A DNA stretch of 64,000 nt, from positions 25,425 to 89,424 of the forward strand of contig JBAZNU010000008.1 in NCBI GenBank assembly GCA_041649015.1, written 5' to 3'. This DNA comes from Ignavibacteria bacterium. GTDB taxonomy: Bacteria > Bacteroidota > Ignavibacteria > Tepidaquicellales > Tepidaquicellaceae. Of this stretch, positions 58,893 to 64,000 are shown piece after piece. How positions within the stretch are numbered: the stretch's first letter is position 1; every line of letters starts with the position of its first letter. The position numbers were made by a program, and so were the translations under genes. The notes under the pieces are model-generated. The model made no database searches and had not been told where the DNA came from. It saw nothing but the letters and a program-made list of their open reading frames with translations.

Positions 58893-60116
58893 ATGAAAAA
58901 ATTATTAGTAATCTTAGCAATGCTCTTATCAATGAACACTATTGCGCAGTGGATGCCAACATCTGCACCATTAGGCGGAACGGTTAATACATTAGTTTAT
59001 TCAGAATCAAATATTTTTGCAGGAACACAATACAATGGAGTATTCTTATCAACTAACCATGGTACAAACTGGACTGTCAAAGGATTAATGGGTATGGAAA
59101 TAACATCGCTTGCAGTATCAGGTTCAAACATATTTGCAGGTGCAAATAACAGCGGAGTATTTTTAACGACAAATAATGGCTCCAACTGGACTGCTGTAAA
59201 TAACGGTTTAAGCGGTCAAATCGTAAAGGCAGTTGCTGTAGTGGGCATGAATGTTCTTGCAGGAACCTATAACGGAGGAGTTTTCTTATCAACAAACAAC
59301 GGAGCAAATTGGTCATCTGCCGGTTTAACAGAGAGAGGTATCTGGACATTTGCGGTTTCAGGAACAAGTATATATGCCGGAACATACAACACCGGTGGAG
59401 TATATTTATCAACTGATAACGGAGCGAACTGGTCCTTAAAAGGATTAAACAATATTCCCATTTGGTCACTTGCGGTTTCAAGTTCAAATATATATGCGGG
59501 TACAGACGGCAGTGTGTATTCATCGATAGATAATGGCACAAACTGGACGGAAAATGTATTAACAAGTGCAACCTTTAGAATCAGGAGTATTGTAATATCC
59601 GGCGATAGAATCTTTGCGGGATTTTCCGACCAGGATGCATTTCATGGTGATGGTGTATATTTATCTACAAATAACGGTGTAAACTGGATGAATAAAAATC
59701 AGGGATTCAACTACCCTCCACCTTCTATTCATTCATTACTTATTGTTAACAGCATTATATATGCAGGAGCATTTTCTAATACATCAGGGTCTGTATGGAA
59801 AAGAGAACTTTCCGAAATACTACAAATACAAATGATAAGCACTGAAATACCTTCAGCATTTTCACTATCGCAAAATTATCCCAATCCATTTAATCCGAGA
59901 ACAGTTATCAGCTTTCAGCTTCCAGCGGTCAGTGATGTGATGCTAAAGGTTTATGACGTTACAGGGAAAGAAGTTGCGACACTCGTGAATGAAAGACTGC
60001 AGGCGGGAACGTATGAAACCACTTTTGACGGGAGCGGACTTAATAGCGGGGTTTATTTTTATAGACTAAGCACACTTGATTTTACAGAAACAAAAAGGAT
60101 GATTATGATTAAATAG
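58893..60116 (+). CDS. secreted beta-propeller protein with T9SS CTD (paralog D)
   Basis: 407 aa. Highly regular ~40-aa blades (..A.SGSNIFAGT..GGVFLSTNNG.NW..). CTD near-identical to A/B/E/F at the nucleotide level. Starts 5 nt after the paralog C stop. Confidence 0.8.
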   Translation: MKKLLVILAMLLSMNTIAQWMPTSAPLGGTVNTLVYSESNIFAGTQYNGVFLSTNHGTNWTVKGLMGMEITSLAVSGSNIFAGANNSGVFLTTNNGSNWTAVNNGLSGQIVKAVAVVGMNVLAGTYNGGVFLSTNNGANWSSAGLTERGIWTFAVSGTSIYAGTYNTGGVYLSTDNGANWSLKGLNNIPIWSLAVSSSNIYAGTDGSVYSSIDNGTNWTENVLTSATFRIRSIVISGDRIFAGFSDQDAFHGDGVYLSTNNGVNWMNKNQGFNYPPPSIHSLLIVNSIIYAGAFSNTSGSVWKRELSEILQIQMISTEIPSAFSLSQNYPNPFNPRTVISFQLPAVSDVMLKVYDVTGKEVATLVNERLQAGTYETTFDGSGLNSGVYFYRLSTLDFTETKRMIMIK

Positions 60117-60262
60117 TCCGCCGTGGAGGACTTTACCGGAAGTCTTAGTTTATCCCGATGTTCTTTATCGGGAATAACTAACAGTATCGGGATTATTATT
60201 GAAATAAATCAATCCCCGTTGTGAGAATAGCGGGGAATTTAAAAACATAAATTTTATGAGGA

Positions 60263-61552
60263 ATGAAAAAGTTAATTGTTATACTTCTTATGTTGATTTG
60301 CAATGTTGCTATTTCTCAGACGGGTTGGTTTTTGCAAACAACTCCTACAACAAAAAATTTACTGGATATTTTCTTCATAAATTCTCAGACAGGCTGGGCT
60401 TGCGGAGATTCGGGAAGAATTATAAAGACAACGAACGGCGGGAGTATCTGGACTGAGATACCTCCTTTTACAGTAAGCAAATTGAATGTAATAAGATTTT
60501 ATAATTCCAATTTCGGATATGTAGCAGGGGGTTTGCAAACTCAGGATCCGTTTTGTATTGATAATGATATTCTTGCAAAGACTACAAACGGAGGAGAAAC
60601 CTGGACAACGCTACTTTCAAATTCAACGTGGGATATCTTTTATGACCTTGCTGTCTTGAACAAAGATACAATTTTTGCAACTTATGCCGGTACAGATAAT
60701 TTTTGTATGGGTTCATCAGGCGGAACGTACAGTTCATTCAACGGTGGCAGCAATTGGAATCAATTTGGCAATGGTTGGATGAAAGGAATCTCATTTATAA
60801 ACTCAAGCACAGGATGGGCAACAACTTACAGTATTAGTGATGTAATGATTGGATTTTTTGGAGTTTTGAAAACTACTAACACAGGTGTGAACTGGAATTT
60901 AGTATATGGTGATACTACCTTGGGAGGTTCATACATTGGAAAAATAAGATTCGTTGATGCAAATAATGGATATACTTTTAAGAGAATGCTTCGTAAAACA
61001 ACAAATGGCGGTGTGAATTGGCAAATAGTTGATTCGGCAACTACATACTTTGTAAATAGTTTTGCTCTTGCTAACAAAGATACAATATGGATATTAAAAA
61101 ATTCTAACTCAGTTTTAAGAACAAACAACAGCGGGGCTAACTGGATTCAGCAATTATCCGCGGGAGGTTTAAACTCAATTTATTTTCTCGATAAAAACTC
61201 AGGTTGGATTGCAGGCAACAACGGAATAATTTATACAACTGTGACGGGAGGTTTGACAGATGTTCAGAATATTTCAACTGAGATTCCTTCAGTGTATTCA
61301 TTAAAGCAAAACTATCCGAACCCGTTTAATCCGAGAACAGTTATCAGCTTTCAGCTTCCAGCGGTCAGTGATGTGATGCTAAAGGTTTATGATGTTACAG
61401 GGAAGGAAGTTGCGACGCTTGTGAATGAGAGGCTGCAGGCGGGGACGTATGAAACTATTTTTGACGGGAGTGGACTGAATAGCGGGGTGTATTTTTATAG
61501 ACTTACTACAGATGGTTTTTCGGAGACAAAAAGAATGGTATATTTAAAATAA
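60263..61552 (+). CDS. secreted Ycf48/BNR-like beta-propeller protein with T9SS CTD (paralog E)
   Basis: 429 aa. Signal peptide MKKLIVILLMLICNVAISQ; ..KTTNGG..W.. blades; conserved CTD. Confidence 0.8.
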   Translation: MKKLIVILLMLICNVAISQTGWFLQTTPTTKNLLDIFFINSQTGWACGDSGRIIKTTNGGSIWTEIPPFTVSKLNVIRFYNSNFGYVAGGLQTQDPFCIDNDILAKTTNGGETWTTLLSNSTWDIFYDLAVLNKDTIFATYAGTDNFCMGSSGGTYSSFNGGSNWNQFGNGWMKGISFINSSTGWATTYSISDVMIGFFGVLKTTNTGVNWNLVYGDTTLGGSYIGKIRFVDANNGYTFKRMLRKTTNGGVNWQIVDSATTYFVNSFALANKDTIWILKNSNSVLRTNNSGANWIQQLSAGGLNSIYFLDKNSGWIAGNNGIIYTTVTGGLTDVQNISTEIPSVYSLKQNYPNPFNPRTVISFQLPAVSDVMLKVYDVTGKEVATLVNERLQAGTYETIFDGSGLNSGVYFYRLTTDGFSETKRMVYLK

Positions 61553-61558
61553 TAAATT

Positions 61559-62482
61559 ATGAATAAGATAATATTTGTTTTATTGCAGATAATATTTATT
61601 ACTATGATCTCAAAAGCAGCAGATACAGTTTCTGCCAAATATTTACCCCTTGCCGTCGGGAATAAATGGGTGTATTTAAAAGCATCTTCAATGGGTGGTT
61701 CTTATATCTATTCAATTACCGTAACACAAATTACAAAAGATACTGTTATTAATAACAGAAAATATTTCTATACAAACATTATCCCTTCAGTTTCCGCATA
61801 CTGGATTCGTTATGATTCCACTAATGGACAAATTAAAATGTACGCAAATTATGCTCCAGATTGTAATTATGAACGAATGTATTATGATTTGTCGGTTAAT
61901 GTAGGCGATTCCTGCAATAATTCGTATATGCCATGTACAATGAATAATTATTATTGCACTCAGATAAAGGACACCTCACTTTTCGGAATAATTACGCGAA
62001 TAAAAACCTATTATTACTCATTTTCGATACATAATGGTGGTAGTACAAAGACAGAAAATTTTGCGAAAAACATTGGTTGCTATTCTGATATTTCACATGT
62101 AGCAAGTGTCTACGGTCAAAATCATAACATTTACACTTTGAAAGGCTTTGTAATTAACGGCCAATTATACGGCGATACAACTTTAACATTTATTAATACA
62201 ATTAGTACAAATATCCCGGGGAAATATTCACTATCGCAAAACTATCCGAACCCCTTTAATCCGAGAACAGTTATCAGCTTTCAGCTTCCAGCGGTCAGTG
62301 ATGTGATGCTAAAGGTTTATGATGTTACAGGGAAAGAAGTTACGACGCTTGTGAATGAAAGTTTACAGCCGGGGACGTATGAAACCACTTTTGACGGGAG
62401 TGGACTGAATAGCGGTGTGTATTTTTATAAACTGATTGCGGATGGTTTTACAGAGACGAAACGAATGTTATTAGTAAAATAA
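61559..62482 (+). CDS. secreted protein with an unrelated N-terminal domain and the same T9SS CTD (paralog F)
   Basis: 307 aa. Signal peptide; Cys/Tyr/Asn-rich ~200-aa domain without propeller blades; CTD ..YSLSQNYPNPFNPRTVISFQLPAVSDVMLKVYDVTGKEV.. Confidence 0.75.
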   Translation: MNKIIFVLLQIIFITMISKAADTVSAKYLPLAVGNKWVYLKASSMGGSYIYSITVTQITKDTVINNRKYFYTNIIPSVSAYWIRYDSTNGQIKMYANYAPDCNYERMYYDLSVNVGDSCNNSYMPCTMNNYYCTQIKDTSLFGIITRIKTYYYSFSIHNGGSTKTENFAKNIGCYSDISHVASVYGQNHNIYTLKGFVINGQLYGDTTLTFINTISTNIPGKYSLSQNYPNPFNPRTVISFQLPAVSDVMLKVYDVTGKEVTTLVNESLQPGTYETTFDGSGLNSGVYFYKLIADGFTETKRMLLVK

Positions 62483-62531
62483 ATTCTCGGTGAAAACAAT
62501 TGAAATGTTTAATTTGTAATATTTGAATAAA

Positions 62532-63542
62532 ATGAAAAGACAAATTGCAGCATTTGCTGCTATAGCAATGATATCCATTGCATTAATTTCGTGCGAAAAC
62601 AGTGTTATTAATAATAATACCCCGATCCCTCAAGATAACTTCTTATTCAACGTTTGGGATTATTCTGAAACACATTATTTTGTTGATACTTTGTACAGAC
62701 GTTCTTTTACGGAGTATTACAGGGATAGTATGACAACTTATTTAATTTCGAATTCAATAATTGAAAGCCCCACGCAGCCGCTTGAAGTTTGGGTTCAGTG
62801 TGATGTCACAATTGCGGAAAAAAGATTTTGTGTCGGTAAAGTTATGCTTGGGGAACGACCGCCGCAGGGATATGACACATCTGTTACAAATCCTGAGACT
62901 GTAATGGGTGAAAAGTTTGCGGGTTATTTCAGGAAATTAGGACCTTCGGAATATTATCACAATAATCTTGCAGGGTTTATCGGTTTGAATATTTCGGTTC
63001 CCGAAAACTATCATGTGGGTGTGGTTTACAGGAATTATTCTAATCAAATGTTTGGAAAGGGTTTTATTGAATCACTTCCGACAGATACGATTGTATTGAA
63101 ACTGGTAAAGGTTGATAATCAAAGTCCGGATTTAACACCGCTTGCGTGGAAACTGAAGATGAAGAATGTTTATAAGATTCCATATACAAATCTACAAAAT
63201 TCAACAACAATAAAAACAGGGTTCAATGAGAATAATGTTTACCGCGATACAATCACAGGCTATACAACTCCACTGATAACTATGCTAAAGCTTGACAAGG
63301 TTAATAACACAACATTATTACCACCGCCTGATGGAAAGTTTGATTGGTTGAACGGAAAAACAATTTTCCCTGCAGAGGGTTATTTGGTTTTTCCTACGCT
63401 CGAACCGTTTGGAAGGGATTTGCCTTTGTCGCCTAATGATTCCAATTATTGCTATTTTGAAATTTATTCAATGAGGAAAACTAGTGCCCAAATTAGTCAC
63501 AAATCAATTTATTATGCAATTAAAGGCAACGCGGTTTATTAA
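62532..63542 (+). CDS. hypothetical lipoprotein (no CTD)
   Basis: ATG at 62532 is preferred over the TTG at 62523. Lipobox-like ..ISIALISC-ENS; no recognisable domain and no T9SS CTD. Confidence 0.55.
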   Translation: MKRQIAAFAAIAMISIALISCENSVINNNTPIPQDNFLFNVWDYSETHYFVDTLYRRSFTEYYRDSMTTYLISNSIIESPTQPLEVWVQCDVTIAEKRFCVGKVMLGERPPQGYDTSVTNPETVMGEKFAGYFRKLGPSEYYHNNLAGFIGLNISVPENYHVGVVYRNYSNQMFGKGFIESLPTDTIVLKLVKVDNQSPDLTPLAWKLKMKNVYKIPYTNLQNSTTIKTGFNENNVYRDTITGYTTPLITMLKLDKVNNTTLLPPPDGKFDWLNGKTIFPAEGYLVFPTLEPFGRDLPLSPNDSNYCYFEIYSMRKTSAQISHKSIYYAIKGNAVY

Positions 63543-63587
63543 TGTAATAAAAGAAGTTCTTAAAATTTAGAATAGAGTTATTTGAGA

Positions 63588-64000
63588 TGAAAAATATATT
63601 TATAGTTTTGATAATGCTTGCGGCGATTAACTCAAATGCTCAGTGGGAACAGTGTGATGGTCCGCGCGGAGGCTATCTCCGTGTTTATACCCTTGCCATA
63701 AAGGGAAACAGTATTTTTATGGGCACAGATTTTGATGGTGTATCTTATACTACAAATAACGGAGCGAGCTGGATACAAACTTCTTTAAATAATAAAACTG
63801 TATATTCTCTTGCCATAAGCGGAGATAATATCTTTGCCGGGACACAGGAGGGTGTCTATCTCTCGACAAATAACGGAATAATTTGGACACAAACTGCATT
63901 GAATAATTATGAAGTTCCATCACTTGCGGTATCAGGAAATAATATATTTGCGGGGACACTTTCCGGCTTTTATAAATCAACAAATAACGGATTGACTTGG
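63588..64000 (+). CDS. secreted beta-propeller protein of the paralog D type, 3' end runs off the window (not in the ORF track)
   Basis: Hand translation from ATG 63588: MKNIFIVLIMLAAINSNAQWEQCDGPRGG...LAIKGNSIFMGT...YTTNNGASW...LAISGDNIFAGTQEGVYLSTNNGIIW...LAVSGNNIFAGT...STNNGLTW, open to the window end. Confidence 0.75.

Noticed and set aside
59077-59571. A 164-aa antisense ORF (plus 90-aa and 62-aa ones) lies inside paralog D.
   Set aside because: It is a by-product of the internal ~120-nt blade repeats, which keep the antisense frame open. The sense frame has a signal peptide, regular propeller blades and a T9SS CTD.
60256-60456. A 66-aa ORF starts at ATG 60256, just before paralog E.
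   Set aside because: It is in a different frame from the 429-aa ORF. The 60263 start gives a canonical signal peptide (MKKLIVILLMLICNVAISQ), while the 66-aa product has no features.
1-64000. Searched the translations for transposases, integrases, phage genes, toxin-antitoxin pairs, restriction-modification genes, cas genes and rRNA.
   Set aside because: None was recognised. The accessory character of 50.8-64 kb comes from paralog expansion, not from an identifiable mobile element.

Overview
AT-rich bacterial chromosome segment. T9SS-type C-terminal sorting domains, FISUMP and GWxTD proteins, PorV-like barrels and visible AAGGAG Shine-Dalgarno sites suggest the FCB group, possibly Ignavibacteria-like; this is a guess without a database search. 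Layout: (1) 1-5 kb holds an LptD-like barrel (5' truncated), dapF, a DUF1569 protein, tRNA-Gln(CUG) and aspartate kinase. (2) 5.3-19.4 kb holds a ribosomal-protein/secY/rpoA supercluster (rplB to rplQ). It starts at rplB without the S10-L3-L4-L23 block. It carries a tRNA-Gln(UUG) between rplR and rpsE, and an outer-membrane barrel gene with a strong terminator between rpmD and rplO. (3) 19.6-35.5 kb holds engB, a 2-hydroxyacid dehydrogenase, a BNR/T9SS protein, a TonB-dependent receptor + 1139-aa protein + PorV-like barrel trio, then GWxTD, YbbR-like, CPBP protease, pdxJ and lptB. (4) 35.9-43.9 kb on the minus strand holds efp-accB-accC-membrane protein-FabL-like reductase. A GC-rich hairpin follows, then a three-gene module: a small Cys-rich protein, a 1132-aa tubulin/FtsZ-superfamily GTPase with a SHOCT tail, and an FmdB zinc ribbon. 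(5) 44-52.7 kb holds gap, an ArnT/PMT-like membrane protein, tRNA-Val, livMGF (no livH/livK), an aminotransferase and a T9SS-tagged 5'-nucleotidase. (6) 53-64 kb is an accessory region with two FISUMP paralogs and a same-strand array of at least 7 secreted beta-propeller/T9SS-cargo paralogs. These paralogs have near-constant 3' (CTD) ends, and two of them share near-identical promoter and signal-peptide modules. Best hunting leads: the tubulin-like/SHOCT module; a roughly 165-bp tract of about 15 phased 11-bp repeats at 54466-54631; two further 4 x 11-bp (7+4) arrays at 35755 and 46750; and the cassette-like T9SS cargo array. No rRNA, CRISPR, transposase or integrase was recognised. All family calls are from motif recognition by eye.
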